DNA of 52,219 nucleotides from Pseudobdellovibrionaceae bacterium (GCA_041987885.1 JBHIVS010000001.1:1-52219), one strand, 5' to 3'; shown: positions 1 through 10,544, numbered from the stretch's first letter. Program-made: numbers and translations. The notes: generated from the letters alone by a model not told the origin.

Positions 1-759
1 GCCAACTAGCCCCACTGTATAACTGGACTGAGAAAGGCTTGAGCTGTTAGTAGAGCCTTCGATATCCATTTTATCTTCGAAGCTATGAGAGATATAGGTT
101 CCTATTCGATAGTTGCCCATATTGTAACCAGCCCCAAGAGTTTGAATACTGCCCCAGCCTGGCTTGACCGTAATATTTTCATTTTGTTGGGAGAAAGATC
201 TAGCAAAAGATTTGTGAATATCAGCATTGAAGTTAAAATCCCATACCTTAAAGCTTTTTGTGAGTGCAATGCCTGCGCCTAGTGCGTAGAAGCCTTTTCC
301 ATCAAGTTTGGTAAATTTAGTTTCTTCGTAAATTGAAGTTCCTGTGGGAAGACTGAGTTGAATAAAAGTAATTCCGTGCGGTTTCCACCGAGAAAAATAA
401 AGTTCAGGAAAGGTTTCGTGCGCCAAAAATAACTGGCTGTCTCCGAAATTGTAGGAGGATGGGTCGGTATTATTTGTCTTATAGGAAGTTTGTACCGAGG
501 CACCTAGTTGTAAGCTTTTTCCAAAAATCGTAGCGGCATCTATTTTAAGGTTGGTGGTCGCATTTTTGTCGTTCCGACGAATCCAATCATTTCCAGACAA
601 AGCATCTGCTTTTAGTTTTTGATGTCCCAAGCTTAAAGTGAGTTGATGTTTGTCGTCGTTCAGAATTAACGAAGGAAACGCAAAGCCTCCTCCGCAGCAT
701 GCGGCTGCAAAGGAGATTCTTGGAATAAGTAAAAGAATAAATGCAAAGGCTAAATGCAT
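1..759 (-). CDS. Partial (runs off left edge) secreted/outer-membrane protein with N-terminal AACCGGG motif, probable beta-barrel or metal-binding transporter
   Basis: Not in ORF track. Manual translation from ATG at 759 (overlaps upstream TAA): MHLAFAFILLLIPRISFAAACCGGGFAFPSLIL...; signal peptide plus Cys-Cys; frame followed by hand for about 145 codons without a stop. Confidence 0.65.
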   Translation of the reverse strand, partial: MHLAFAFILLLIPRISFAAACCGGGFAFPSLILNDDKHQLTLSLGHQKLKADALSGNDWIRRNDKNATTNLKIDAATIFGKSLQLGASVQTSYKTNNTDPSSYNFGDSQLFLAHETFPELYFSRWKPHGITFIQLSLPTGTSIYEETKFTKLDGKGFYALGAGIALTKSFKVWDFNFNADIHKSFARSFSQQNENITVKPGWGSIQTLGAGYNMGNYRIGTYISHSFEDKMDIEGSTNSSSLSQSSYTVGLVG

Positions 760-1175
760 TAGCGAGCAATCATTAGCGTATGAAAGTAAGAATCAGTGAT
801 TCCATTTTTTGTAACTTCAAAGCGAATTTCCCAGCTACCAGGCATTACAAAGTAAACTTGTTGAATGTCAAAAGTACCGTTACCTAAATCTACAATTTGT
901 ACTGGAGCTGATCCGTGGCCCATGGATGGCATCCATAGGTAAACTTTAATATCTGACGCAGTTAAAGAAGTGTCATCAAATGCAAGTTTGAAAGTTGTGT
1001 AAGTTTGATTTTTTGGAAGTTGACTCCACTCTATCTGTCCACAGATGTTTAAAGAATTAAACTTCAGGGAGCATTCGCCAGCAGCGGCCACCGTTCTGTT
1101 TGCATCAACATATTCCGGGCTTGCACATGCTGTGCATGCTGCGAATAAAAAGAAAATACTAGCTAGAGATTTCAT
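759..1175 (-). CDS. YtkA/FixH-like secreted protein
   Basis: Signal peptide MKSLASIFFLFAAC; WMPSMGHGS and F.MPG.WEIRF motifs; start 1175 coupled to redoxin stop (track ORF starts 1202). Confidence 0.75.
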   Translation of the reverse strand: MKSLASIFFLFAACTACASPEYVDANRTVAAAGECSLKFNSLNICGQIEWSQLPKNQTYTTFKLAFDDTSLTASDIKVYLWMPSMGHGSAPVQIVDLGNGTFDIQQVYFVMPGSWEIRFEVTKNGITDSYFHTLMIAR

Positions 1176-1804
1176 TATGACTCCTGTCTTTGGATATAGC
1201 ATCCAAGAGAACGTTCTTTGGTATGACGTGTTTTTTTATTTAAATTTAAATCTTCGAGAACTTCTTTTAGATAATTTTTATCGGCAGAGGGGCCGACATG
1301 GCTGTTTGTGATCCCACCATCATAGACGAGACCACCCTTGTCGTTAAAGACATAGACATGGGGAGTTTTAAGTGCGCCATAGAGATCTGAAATTTTATTT
1401 TTTATATCGTGAATGACAGGGAAAGGAAAATTAGCTTTTTTGAAGTGTTCAGAGGCTTCTGTCTCTGGTTCGTCTGCGTTGGAGTGAACACCGATAAATT
1501 GAAAATTTTTGTAAGTCTCTGCCAGTTCTTTGACAATTGTTTCGTGACTAGCCGAACAAGGGCATCTTGCTGACATAAAAACCAGAACAGTGCCTTTATT
1601 TTTTTTATCAAGCTGAATAAGTGTGGGTTTTAGATTCGCGAGATTTATGCCAGAAAGTTCTGTAAAAGTGTCTTTGGAGTTACTGATGGCAAATCCATTC
1701 AGAGATCCGAAGCTTAATAGAGTGATGAGGATAACTGTAAAAATCTTAGTTGTTTTCATAGAATGAAGACTGTCTAGCAGTTTTTTTACAAAACTGAAAT
1801 GCAA
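1175..1804 (-). CDS. Redoxin (AhpC/TSA-like thioredoxin fold) protein
   Basis: VLVFMSARCPCS, YGALKTPHVYVF, YDGGI, GCYI motifs; likely start MKTTKIF at 1759. Confidence 0.85.
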   Translation of the reverse strand: MHFSFVKKLLDSLHSMKTTKIFTVILITLLSFGSLNGFAISNSKDTFTELSGINLANLKPTLIQLDKKNKGTVLVFMSARCPCSASHETIVKELAETYKNFQFIGVHSNADEPETEASEHFKKANFPFPVIHDIKNKISDLYGALKTPHVYVFNDKGGLVYDGGITNSHVGPSADKNYLKEVLEDLNLNKKTRHTKERSLGCYIQRQES

Positions 1805-1894
1805 CCTATAGTTGCATGAAAAAAAAACACCTTTGCGCGATGCGTTTGGTGGGTTTTAGCTTACCTTTGAGGTGAGATTGCATAGAATTTTCAT

Positions 1895-3985
1895 ATGTTT
1901 AAGTCACTAAGAGATTTTAAAAAACGTTTGTACCAATATCGAACTCGAGAATCTGTTCACAGAGAATTGGATTCCATTCTAGAAGCCGCTAAAGACCAGC
2001 ACACATTAGAGGATAAGCTCCATTGGCTCGTGCAGTTGTTGCAGTGGATTCGCTTTGAAGGTCATGTGGATGTCCATATTGAACGTGAGGTAGGTCGGCT
2101 TCAAGTGGCACGCTTAAGGTTCTTTTTAATGGTCTTGGATCGTCGTCCAGATTGGAAACTTGAGGTAGCAAAGATTCTACGAGCGATCGTGAAAAAGGTA
2201 AGTGGGCTCGAACTATATACGGAAACAGGATTACCACGAGAAGTGGGTATGTGGAGTGAGTTCTCCGATCGTGTGATGTTAAAAATATTGCCAAGTCCTC
2301 CTTTGGAGCATGAATTGACCCATCTCTTTTGGGCGTTATTTCCAAATCCAGAAGATGTTGTTTGGGTTTCCGGCATCGATAGCAAAACATTTGAAGCTAT
2401 TATGGACTTGTTTGTCTATGAGGTTTCGGAAACAGAGGGTGATTGGAATCGTCTTCAGGATGATTTGTTAGATGCTTTAGATTATTTAGTGATTCAAATT
2501 CGCGCCACCGGTTTAGGGCCTGCTATTCGTAAAAGATTAGATAAAAATGACTTTAGAGAATCTGCTTTTTTTCATCTAGATGAAAATATCGAAGGTTTTC
2601 AGAAAGCCTTTAGGTCTTCAGAAAAAGAACAAGCTTTGGCTTATGCCTCTAAGTTTAGAATGACAGTGTGGGAATGTAAGAGAGAATTAAGTCAAGTTAC
2701 TAAACATTTGGATGAGTATGGAGTTAGTGTTAGTTTAGTTTTTCAAATGGCTCGACTCAGAACTTATCTTGCTCGTGTTGATAGTTTACTAGAGATTTTG
2801 ATCAATGAAAAAATTGAGAGTAAAAAAGTAACAAGCTTTTTGTCTAAGTTGATTGAGGAAACTCAAGAACTACGAAGTATTTCGACTTTATTTTCGCAAA
2901 ATATATCTATGCTAGCTCGTAAGGTTGTAGAAAGAGCCGCGGAGACTGGTGAGCACTACATTACTAGAACCAAAGCAGAGTATCGTCATATGATTGAAGC
3001 CGCCGCAGGTGGTGGAGCTATGACTGCGCTGACTGTGTATATGAAGTTCTTTATTTTAAGTATCGGGTTGTCTAATTTTGGAGAGGGTTTGGGAGCGGCT
3101 TTAAATTATGCGGTTTCCTTTGTGGCGATTCAATTATTTGGCTTTACCCTTGGAACAAAACAGCCGGCGATGACTGCACCTGCCTTAGCTGCGAAAATGT
3201 CTGAAGTAGGAACTGAAAAAGGGATGAAAAGTCTTGTGGACGATATCGTTCATATTATTCGATCTCAAGTTGCGGCGGTAGGCGGGAACGTTCTGTTAGT
3301 TGTTCCTTGTGCAATTCTTATTGATGCTCTCTATTTCTTTTCAACAGGAAATCATATTCTGGGATTGGAAAAGGCAAAGTACACTCTGCACAGCGTAGAC
3401 ATTTTTGGTCCAGCAGTTTTTTATGCAGCATGGACTGGAGTTATATTGTGGTCCTCTAGTTTAATTGCGGGGTGGGCAGATAATTGGTTTGCCTTGAATT
3501 CTTTGCGTAAAACGTTGGGAAGATCGCCGGCTTTAATTGCTGTCTTTGGTGCACGAGGAGCTAAAAGGATTGCTTACTTTCTAGATCATAATATTTCTGG
3601 TTTAGCCGGAAATATTTCTCTGGGGTTCATGTTAGGTATGATTCCAGAGATTATGAAGTTTTTAGGAATTCCGTTAGATGTAAGACACGTTACCCTGTCT
3701 TCGGGAAGTGTTGGGGCTGCCTTGCCTGTCTTGGGCTTAGAGTTTTTTAAGACACCTGAGTTTTGGAGAGCGGTGGCCGGGATTTTCTTTATCGGGGCTG
3801 CCAATGTCTTGGTGAGCTTTTCGATGGCGTTGTGGGTTGCTGTAAAAGCACGGGGAGTGCAGACATCTCAACAAATTGCTATTCGCTCAGCAGTTATGAA
3901 AAGACTTCGAACGGAGCCTCTGAGTTTTTTTATGCCGGTTGGTCAGTCGGTGCGTCCTAAAACTCAAGACAGCTCTGATTCTTAG
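1895..3985 (+). CDS. Gcr-like 'site-specific recombinase' family membrane protein
   Basis: ETGEHYIT, AAAGGG, NYAVSFV, TKQPAMTAPALA, LGIPLDVRHVTLSSG motifs; multiple C-terminal TM helices. Confidence 0.85.
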   Translation: MFKSLRDFKKRLYQYRTRESVHRELDSILEAAKDQHTLEDKLHWLVQLLQWIRFEGHVDVHIEREVGRLQVARLRFFLMVLDRRPDWKLEVAKILRAIVKKVSGLELYTETGLPREVGMWSEFSDRVMLKILPSPPLEHELTHLFWALFPNPEDVVWVSGIDSKTFEAIMDLFVYEVSETEGDWNRLQDDLLDALDYLVIQIRATGLGPAIRKRLDKNDFRESAFFHLDENIEGFQKAFRSSEKEQALAYASKFRMTVWECKRELSQVTKHLDEYGVSVSLVFQMARLRTYLARVDSLLEILINEKIESKKVTSFLSKLIEETQELRSISTLFSQNISMLARKVVERAAETGEHYITRTKAEYRHMIEAAAGGGAMTALTVYMKFFILSIGLSNFGEGLGAALNYAVSFVAIQLFGFTLGTKQPAMTAPALAAKMSEVGTEKGMKSLVDDIVHIIRSQVAAVGGNVLLVVPCAILIDALYFFSTGNHILGLEKAKYTLHSVDIFGPAVFYAAWTGVILWSSSLIAGWADNWFALNSLRKTLGRSPALIAVFGARGAKRIAYFLDHNISGLAGNISLGFMLGMIPEIMKFLGIPLDVRHVTLSSGSVGAALPVLGLEFFKTPEFWRAVAGIFFIGAANVLVSFSMALWVAVKARGVQTSQQIAIRSAVMKRLRTEPLSFFMPVGQSVRPKTQDSSDS

Positions 3986-3998
3986 GTCGACGACATTG

Positions 3999-4031
3999 AA
4001 AAAAGCCTCGGTTCCAAACTGGGGCTTTTTT
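3999..4031 (+). terminator. Rho-independent terminator
   Basis: AAAAAAGCCTCGGTT-CCA-AACTGGGGCTTTTTT. Confidence 0.8.
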
Positions 4032-4327
4032 ATACCCGAAGAAAGATGCGTCGCATTATTTTCCTTGTTGTAATTTTCAGCAGGAAAGATGCTTAAATTA
4101 ATGGCATCTATAAGCATATATTATAGAAGAGTTCGTTTGGGTCCTATATTCGAGCTGGGGCGTCGATTACGAAGAATTAACTTTAACAGATAATTTAAGA
4201 TTTTTTGGTCCCAAAAAAAAATCAAAGTGGTTCCAAAATAGTACTTGATAAAAGTTCCAAGGTGAAATGAAGTGCGTACCTGCAAGGACATCAGTGGGTG
4301 TTGTCCATGGATTATGGGGGATTAAAA

Positions 4328-6007
4328 ATGAAACTCAACGCATTGGCTCTTTTGTTACCTCTGCTAGTTGCTACTTCTGCGAATGCAGAACGCGTGCTTG
4401 TTGTCATGAAGGACTCTACGGCATTTAATAAAGCTCACATGGCTTATAAAGCTAAGGGTAAAGAGTTCTCTGGTGGTTTAAATTTAGGTGTTAAATCTAA
4501 AGCCGTTGGTGAATTAGAAGTTGCCCTTCCACATATCGCTTCGATGATCGTTGATACTGAAGATGTTTCTCAAATTGAAAAATTGAGAAATAATCCGGAA
4601 GTAGCTTCTGTTGAAACAGAAGTATTTCATAAAAATTTAATCCCAGTTAATAAATCTTTGATGGGCGATTCGCTTGTTTCTGGTGAACTAGGTGCAGGTA
4701 CTCCATGGGGTATTTACGCAGTTAAAGCTCCTCAAGCATGGAAAGCTGGAAACAGCCAAGGTGAAGGTGCTCGTGTTCTTGTTTTAGATACTGGTATCGA
4801 TGAAAAACATGCTTCTTTGAATGCTAACTTTGAAAAAGGTAAAGACTTTACTTATTCTCAAGATGGTTACGATGATAAAGATGCTCACGGAACTCACGTT
4901 GCGGGCACAATTGCTGGCGTTCAAGATGAATCTGGTTTTGCAGGTGTTGCTCCAAAAGCTAAAATCCTAGCTGGTAAAGTTTGTTCTTCTGATGGTTGCT
5001 CTAACTTTGCGATTGCTTCAGGTATCAACTGGGGTATTCAAGAGAAAGTGGATGTAATTTCTATGTCTCTTGGTGGTTCTCAATCTACTCCTGCTGAGCG
5101 TAGAGCGATTGATGCTGCTGATAAAGCAGGTATCACTGTAGTTGCTGCTTCTGGAAATGATGGTTCAGGTCGTGTTTCTTACCCAGCGGCTCTTCCGACT
5201 GTTATCGCAGTTGGTGCTATTGGTGATGACATGAAGAAAACTGATTTCTCTCAATACGGTCCAGAATTGGCTATCGTTGCTCCAGGTAAATCTGTAGTTT
5301 CTTCAGTTCCAACAGGTACTGGTCGTGATGCAAAAACAACTGTTTCCAATGGAAAAGTTGAAGTTGTAGTTAAGTCTAATGCGTTTTCTGGTTCTAAAGA
5401 AGTTACCACGCCAGTTACTGGTGAGTTAGTTCCTGCGGGTCTTGGTAAACCTGCTGACTTTGCAAAAGCAAATGTTGCGGGTAAATTCGCTCTAGTATCT
5501 AGAGGTGAAATTTCTTTCGCAGAAAAAGTTAGCAATGCAATCAAAGCAAAAGCTAAAGGTATCGTTGTATATAATAACGAACCTGGATTGATTCTTGGTT
5601 CAGTTGTTGAGGAAGAAGGTCAAACTGTTGCGATCCCTGCATTCATGATTGAACAAGCAGTTGGTCAAGATATCGTTGCTGAAATTTCGAAAGGTGGCAC
5701 TGTAAGTGCAACTTTAGAAACAGCAATCACTGATTACTCTGCATTTGACGGTACTTCTATGGCGACTCCTCACGTATCTGGTGTTGTTGCTCTTATGAAG
5801 GCTGCAAACAAAGATCTAACAGGTGCTCAAGTTAAAGAAATTCTTAAAAAGACTGCTGTTGTTCTTCATGACAACACGAAACTTGAAGTTGGTGCTGGTT
5901 TAGTTGATGCTGAAGCTGCTGTACAAGCTGCGCTTGATGCTAAACGCTCAAACCCTCAACCTCCAGTGGATGGTCAACCAGGCGAACAGCTAGAATTTGA
6001 TTTCTAG
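4328..6007 (+). CDS. Secreted S8 subtilisin-like serine protease with PA domain
   Basis: LDTGID, HGTHVAG, GTSMATPHV catalytic triad; GKFALVSRGEISFAEKV PA insert; signal peptide from ATG 4328. Confidence 0.95.
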   Translation: MKLNALALLLPLLVATSANAERVLVVMKDSTAFNKAHMAYKAKGKEFSGGLNLGVKSKAVGELEVALPHIASMIVDTEDVSQIEKLRNNPEVASVETEVFHKNLIPVNKSLMGDSLVSGELGAGTPWGIYAVKAPQAWKAGNSQGEGARVLVLDTGIDEKHASLNANFEKGKDFTYSQDGYDDKDAHGTHVAGTIAGVQDESGFAGVAPKAKILAGKVCSSDGCSNFAIASGINWGIQEKVDVISMSLGGSQSTPAERRAIDAADKAGITVVAASGNDGSGRVSYPAALPTVIAVGAIGDDMKKTDFSQYGPELAIVAPGKSVVSSVPTGTGRDAKTTVSNGKVEVVVKSNAFSGSKEVTTPVTGELVPAGLGKPADFAKANVAGKFALVSRGEISFAEKVSNAIKAKAKGIVVYNNEPGLILGSVVEEEGQTVAIPAFMIEQAVGQDIVAEISKGGTVSATLETAITDYSAFDGTSMATPHVSGVVALMKAANKDLTGAQVKEILKKTAVVLHDNTKLEVGAGLVDAEAAVQAALDAKRSNPQPPVDGQPGEQLEFDF

Positions 6008-6034
6008 TCGTTACTAAGCTTAAGTTTAAATTTT

Positions 6035-6064
6035 AAAGCCCTAGTCATCGACTAGGGCTTTTTT
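6035..6064 (+). terminator. Rho-independent terminator between convergent genes
   Basis: AAAGCCCTAGTC-ATC-GACTAGGGCTTTTTT. Confidence 0.85.
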
Positions 6065-6083
6065 GTTTTTCAAAATAAAGAAT

Positions 6084-7481
6084 TTAAATTTTATAACGAG
6101 TCATCGCTTTGATAATTTTAAGTTTGAAAGGAGTATAGGGGGGATATAGGACCTTAAGTAGTCTTCCTGCCATTCCTTGTTTTAAAACGGCTTTTTCGTG
6201 GGAAAATTCTTTAAAGCCAAATTCTCCATGATAGCGCCCGATGCCACTTGAGTTAACTCCTCCAAAGGGAAGATCTGGATTAAGTAAGTGAAGTAGGCAA
6301 TCATTGATAACAAGTCCGCCACTAGTTGTTTCTAATTCAAATTTAGAAATCATTTTATCACTTTGAGAGAACAAATAGGCAGCCAAAGGTTTGGGATGGC
6401 TGTTGATATAGTGTATGACTTCATCAAAATTCCGATATGAAACAACTGGAGCTAGAGGGCCAAATAACTCTTCGTCCATAAGAGGGCTGGCGAGGTCCTT
6501 AAGGCTGATGAGTGTTGCTGGAACCTCAAGCTGGGTTTCGTTCGGTATTCCGCCTTCAAGAAGCTTGTCGCCGTGCTTTTGAGACTGTTCGATAAGGCTT
6601 TTAATTCTTGAAAAGTGACGGGGACTGACCATTCTGGCTAAATCCGCTTTTACGTTTTTGTCCGAATAGAACTTATTAATCTGCTCTTTGAAAAGAATTA
6701 AAAACTGATCTTTGATAGATTCATCTACAAAAATATAGTCAGGTGCAATGCAAGTTTGCCCTGCATTGATGAATTTTCCCCAAGCTATTTTTTCTGCGGC
6801 TAACTTTAGGTTTGCTGACTTTTCAACAATACATGGCGATTTACCACCAAGTTCAAGAGTAATACTGCTAAGATTTTCTGCTGCGGCTCGCATTACTATT
6901 TTACCAACAGCAGTGCTGCCTGTGAAAAAAATATGATCAAAAGGAAACTTCAAAAGCTCTTGGGTGACAGAGCTGTCGCCCTCAAACATAAGCACTTCGG
7001 TTTCTAAAAATGCAGTTTGAATAATTTTTTTTAAAACTAAATTGATATGAGGTGTGTACTCAGAGGGCTTGATCGCGACAGTATTTCCAGCTGCGATAGC
7101 AGAAATGAGTGGAATGATGATGAGTTGGAATGGATAATTCCATGGGCCGATTAATAGAACAGTTCCCTTAGGTTCTGGGACTATATAGCAAGTTGTACCA
7201 GATAGACTTAAAGGGTTGTTTACGACTCTTGTACGGGCCCAATTTTTGAGTTGATGTTGAGTGTGTTCAAGCTCTTTAAGAGCTGGGTAAATTTCTGTTA
7301 AATAAGTCTCTGCTTCAGGTTTGTTGAAATCAAGTTTTAGAGCATTGACTATGTCAGAGAAACTACTTTCGATCGCAACCTCTAGTTTTTTGAGTTTATC
7401 GAGTCTGGAATCAATAGACTGAGAGCGAAGTCTGAGGGAATTAGCTTTTAGATTTAATAAAGAGTTTTCAATCATGTCCAT
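6084..7481 (-). CDS. Aldehyde dehydrogenase (ALDH3-like)
   Basis: PWNYP, FTGS, LELGGKSP, NAGQTCIAPDY, EELFGP, PFGGV motifs. Confidence 0.95.
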   Translation of the reverse strand: MDMIENSLLNLKANSLRLRSQSIDSRLDKLKKLEVAIESSFSDIVNALKLDFNKPEAETYLTEIYPALKELEHTQHQLKNWARTRVVNNPLSLSGTTCYIVPEPKGTVLLIGPWNYPFQLIIIPLISAIAAGNTVAIKPSEYTPHINLVLKKIIQTAFLETEVLMFEGDSSVTQELLKFPFDHIFFTGSTAVGKIVMRAAAENLSSITLELGGKSPCIVEKSANLKLAAEKIAWGKFINAGQTCIAPDYIFVDESIKDQFLILFKEQINKFYSDKNVKADLARMVSPRHFSRIKSLIEQSQKHGDKLLEGGIPNETQLEVPATLISLKDLASPLMDEELFGPLAPVVSYRNFDEVIHYINSHPKPLAAYLFSQSDKMISKFELETTSGGLVINDCLLHLLNPDLPFGGVNSSGIGRYHGEFGFKEFSHEKAVLKQGMAGRLLKVLYPPYTPFKLKIIKAMTRYKI

Positions 7482-7576
7482 AGACTATGTGAGGTCATGG
7501 CGTTGGTAAATCTTTATTATTGCGAGAGAGGTCATTTGATTATGTCTCAAAATGACTGGTTCTCAAATAAATTTTA

Positions 7577-7592
7577 CGGCACAGGCATTGCT
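7577..7592 (+). promoter_or_regulatory. Sigma-54 type promoter (-24/-12)
   Basis: CGGCACAGGCATTGCT = GG-N10-GC, ending 14 bp before the ATG at 7607. Confidence 0.6.
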
Positions 7593-7606
7593 GATTTGTC
7601 AGGTAT

Positions 7607-8773
7607 ATGAATTATAAAGCGATACCGTTGAAACTATTCCTATCGTTGGGTGCAATTTTTGTAACCTGCCTGCCAATTAATGCGATGGCTGCTGGGCAGT
7701 GTGAATCAGTGTTTTCAACAAATGTTTCTTACTTTAAAGAGTCTATGGAGCCGATTAGAGCTTTAAGTAGAATGAGCTTGGTTCTTAAGGATAAGTATTT
7801 AAAGGGCTCTGGGCAGTTAACGCAAAAAGAAGTTGTCGATCAGCTGACAGAAATGAAGCAATTGGCGGAGACTTATTTCGATAAAGCCGGCATTTCGTAT
7901 GAAATCCAATGGACTTCTTTTGGTTTTAAAAATTTAAAAGATAGCGCAAACTATAATTCTAAATATCCAGTTTATAAGATTAAGGGTTCAAAACATGGAG
8001 ATGAAGTCTCTAGAATGATTTATGGGGTATTGTCACATCCCTTATATCGGAAAAAGGCTGTTACTTTTCAATTTGATCTTCTTTATGGAATAAAAGCAGA
8101 GTCTGTAGGTCATTATGATACAGGTACAAATATTATTCATATAGGTCCTTATGCTTTGGCTGCAGAGATTTCTGGCCTTACAAATACTGTTCGCCATGAG
8201 GTTCAGCATTATTTTGAGCATATGAAAATTCTTGAAAAGAAGCAGACGACGGCAAGAATTTCATTTTCTGAGGCTCATCCAAAATCAAAAGATCCATATC
8301 ATGATTACTTCCGTTTGGATGAAATAGAAACTCATCTGAGAGATCTTCGGACGATGCTTAGTTTTGATTCTAGATCTGCAAAAGACAAACTTTTTGCAGG
8401 TCATGTGACTCCCGAGGTTTGGAATAATATTTTGGCAAATCGTAAAGTCGTTATCTCTGATAAGTTTGAGACTTTGGATATGATGCTGACGAACTCAGAT
8501 AAAATTCTAATTCATTTACAAGAAAAAACTTATCCAAATGCATTTTTTGAAAACCATGCTAATGGAGAATGGATGGGAGTTTATCTGTTAGATGGATATT
8601 CCTATTCCGTAGTCAGGATTGATTTTTACGGATTGTTCCCAAAGCCCCAATATGAAATGACCAAACCAGAAATTTCGAAAATAGTAAAAGAAACTTTGGA
8701 TTGGAACCATAAGCGAGTTCGAGAAATTCGTGTCGAGTTTGAAAAGTTGAAATTAAAAGCTAACTCAAGATAG
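7607..8773 (+). CDS. Secreted hypothetical protein with HExxH zincin-like motif
   Basis: Signal peptide followed by CESVF; RHEVQHY and a downstream acidic LDEIE segment. Confidence 0.55.
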   Translation: MNYKAIPLKLFLSLGAIFVTCLPINAMAAGQCESVFSTNVSYFKESMEPIRALSRMSLVLKDKYLKGSGQLTQKEVVDQLTEMKQLAETYFDKAGISYEIQWTSFGFKNLKDSANYNSKYPVYKIKGSKHGDEVSRMIYGVLSHPLYRKKAVTFQFDLLYGIKAESVGHYDTGTNIIHIGPYALAAEISGLTNTVRHEVQHYFEHMKILEKKQTTARISFSEAHPKSKDPYHDYFRLDEIETHLRDLRTMLSFDSRSAKDKLFAGHVTPEVWNNILANRKVVISDKFETLDMMLTNSDKILIHLQEKTYPNAFFENHANGEWMGVYLLDGYSYSVVRIDFYGLFPKPQYEMTKPEISKIVKETLDWNHKRVREIRVEFEKLKLKANSR

Positions 8774-8954
8774 TTCTTTTCTCCTAATGGATATATAAGA
8801 TTTATTGCCTCCTAGGTCTATTTAACTGGTTCTGGAGTAAATGAAAATGTATTGAAAGCCTAGTGGAAGCTAATTTTACAAATTCTCCTCAAATTTTGAC
8901 AAGTCCGCTATCTATGATTTAGGACTCCTTATAAATAATAAAGGAGTCTTAGAA

Positions 8955-9947
8955 ATGAAATTTTTTAGCGCGCTATTGACGTTCGCGGTTTTAATCACTG
9001 CCCAGGCCAAAGCAGATAAATTGGTTTTGTATTCTTCTTATGATGGGGAAAGACTAGCTCCTATTTTAAAACCTTTCACAGACAGAACTGGGATCACAGT
9101 TGAAGTTGTAAATGCAGGTTCTGATGACCTTATTAAGCAACTTGAAACAGAGGGGATGAATTCTCCAGCGGATCTTTATTTAGATAAAGACATCGTTTAC
9201 ATGGGTTCAGCAAATGACAAAGGTTTGTTGCAATCATTTTCAACTCAAAAAGTATCTGATAAAATTCCAGCTCATTTAATTTCTAATGATAATAACTGGT
9301 TCTTGTTATTCTATCGCGCACGTACATTGATGTATAACACTCAAAAAGTAAATCCAGCAGATTTGAATACTTATGCAGATCTTGGCGATAAAAAATGGGA
9401 AGGCCAAGTTTGTGTTCGTACTTCAAAAAATAGCTACAATGAAGGCTTAGCTGGTTTTATGGTTAAACATTTTGGTGAAAACCAAGCTGTTTCTATTTTT
9501 GAATCATGGGTTAAAAACTTTGCTGGTGAGCCTTTAAAAGGCGACAGAGATGTTATCCATGCAATTGCTAATGGGACTTGTTTAGTAGGTATCGCAAATA
9601 CTTATTATTTGGCTCCGCTAGTAAGAGACGATGCTTCATTCCCAGTGGGTGTTAAGTTCGTTGAGCAAGATGGTGTTGGTGCTCATATTAATGGTGTCGG
9701 CGTAGGTATTACGAAGTCTTCAAAGAATGTTGCTCAAGCAAATCTTTTCCTAGAGTTCATGACAATGAAGGAAGTTCAAGAGGCTATTGCTGGTGGTTTC
9801 AGTCAATATCCTTCAAGCAAAGAAGCGGGTATTGCTCCTGTGCTTAAAGACTTTGGTTCGTTTGTTGAAGATTTAACAAACGTTAATGACATTGCTAAAT
9901 CTGTAAATGCAGGTAAAGAAGCAATGGTAAAAGCGGGTTACAAATAA
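8955..9947 (+). CDS. Fe(III) ABC transporter substrate-binding protein (FbpA/FutA-like)
   Basis: LYSS, EGMNSPADL, KNSYN, IANTYY, GAHING motifs; SD AAGGAG. Confidence 0.85.
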   Translation: MKFFSALLTFAVLITAQAKADKLVLYSSYDGERLAPILKPFTDRTGITVEVVNAGSDDLIKQLETEGMNSPADLYLDKDIVYMGSANDKGLLQSFSTQKVSDKIPAHLISNDNNWFLLFYRARTLMYNTQKVNPADLNTYADLGDKKWEGQVCVRTSKNSYNEGLAGFMVKHFGENQAVSIFESWVKNFAGEPLKGDRDVIHAIANGTCLVGIANTYYLAPLVRDDASFPVGVKFVEQDGVGAHINGVGVGITKSSKNVAQANLFLEFMTMKEVQEAIAGGFSQYPSSKEAGIAPVLKDFGSFVEDLTNVNDIAKSVNAGKEAMVKAGYK

Positions 9948-10001
9948 ATATTTCGTATATGACTCAGTAAAGTTAATATTTGCTGAAGTTCTATAGAAAA
10001 T

Positions 10002-10037
10002 AAAAAGGAGCTTTGATGAAAATCGGCTCCTTTTTTT
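10002..10037 (+). terminator. Rho-independent terminator
   Basis: AAAAAGGAGC...GCTCCTTTTTTT. Confidence 0.7.
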
Positions 10038-10158
10038 GTTTTTTATCGCAGATGACTTAGTGCCGGATGACAGACTTTTTATTCTTTCTTTTATTTAAAT
10101 CTCCATTGAATATAGATCTGTGAGGCAATAGTTTAATTATTAATAAGGTGAGGGTTCA

Positions 10159-10521
10159 ATGGCTCATTATGTAGATGGATTTTTAATTCCTATTAAAAAG
10201 AAAAATGTCGCTAATTATAAAAAAATGGCTAAGCTGGGTTGTAAGATTTGGATGGAGCACGGAGCTTTAGCTTACTATGAGTCTGTCGGTGATGATTTGA
10301 AAAGCCCATGGGGCTTGCCTTTTGGAAAGCTCTGTAAACTAAAAACAGATGAGACGGCAGTTTTTGCTTTTATTGTCTTTAAATCTAAAGCCCATCGAAA
10401 TAGTGTTAATAAAAAAGTGATGAAAGATCCACGAATGGATCCTGCTAAATTTAAAACCATGCCTTTTGATATGAAAAGAATGTCGGTCGGTGGATTTAAG
10501 ACCATCGTCGCAAGTAAATAA
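10159..10521 (+). CDS. DUF1428 family protein
   Basis: YVDGF, WMEHGAL, MKDPRM, MPFDMKRM..GGF. Confidence 0.9.
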   Translation: MAHYVDGFLIPIKKKNVANYKKMAKLGCKIWMEHGALAYYESVGDDLKSPWGLPFGKLCKLKTDETAVFAFIVFKSKAHRNSVNKKVMKDPRMDPAKFKTMPFDMKRMSVGGFKTIVASK

Positions 10522-10544
10522 ATTATTTTAAATAATTACTTATT

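Noticed and set aside
85-769. Short track ORFs 85..282, 279..503 and 587..769
   Set aside because: Alternative frames of the longer minus-strand gene starting at 759
1895-3985. 'Site-specific recombinase' gene as a mobile element marker
   Set aside because: No Tyr or Ser recombinase catalytic motifs; polytopic membrane protein outside the att-bounded region
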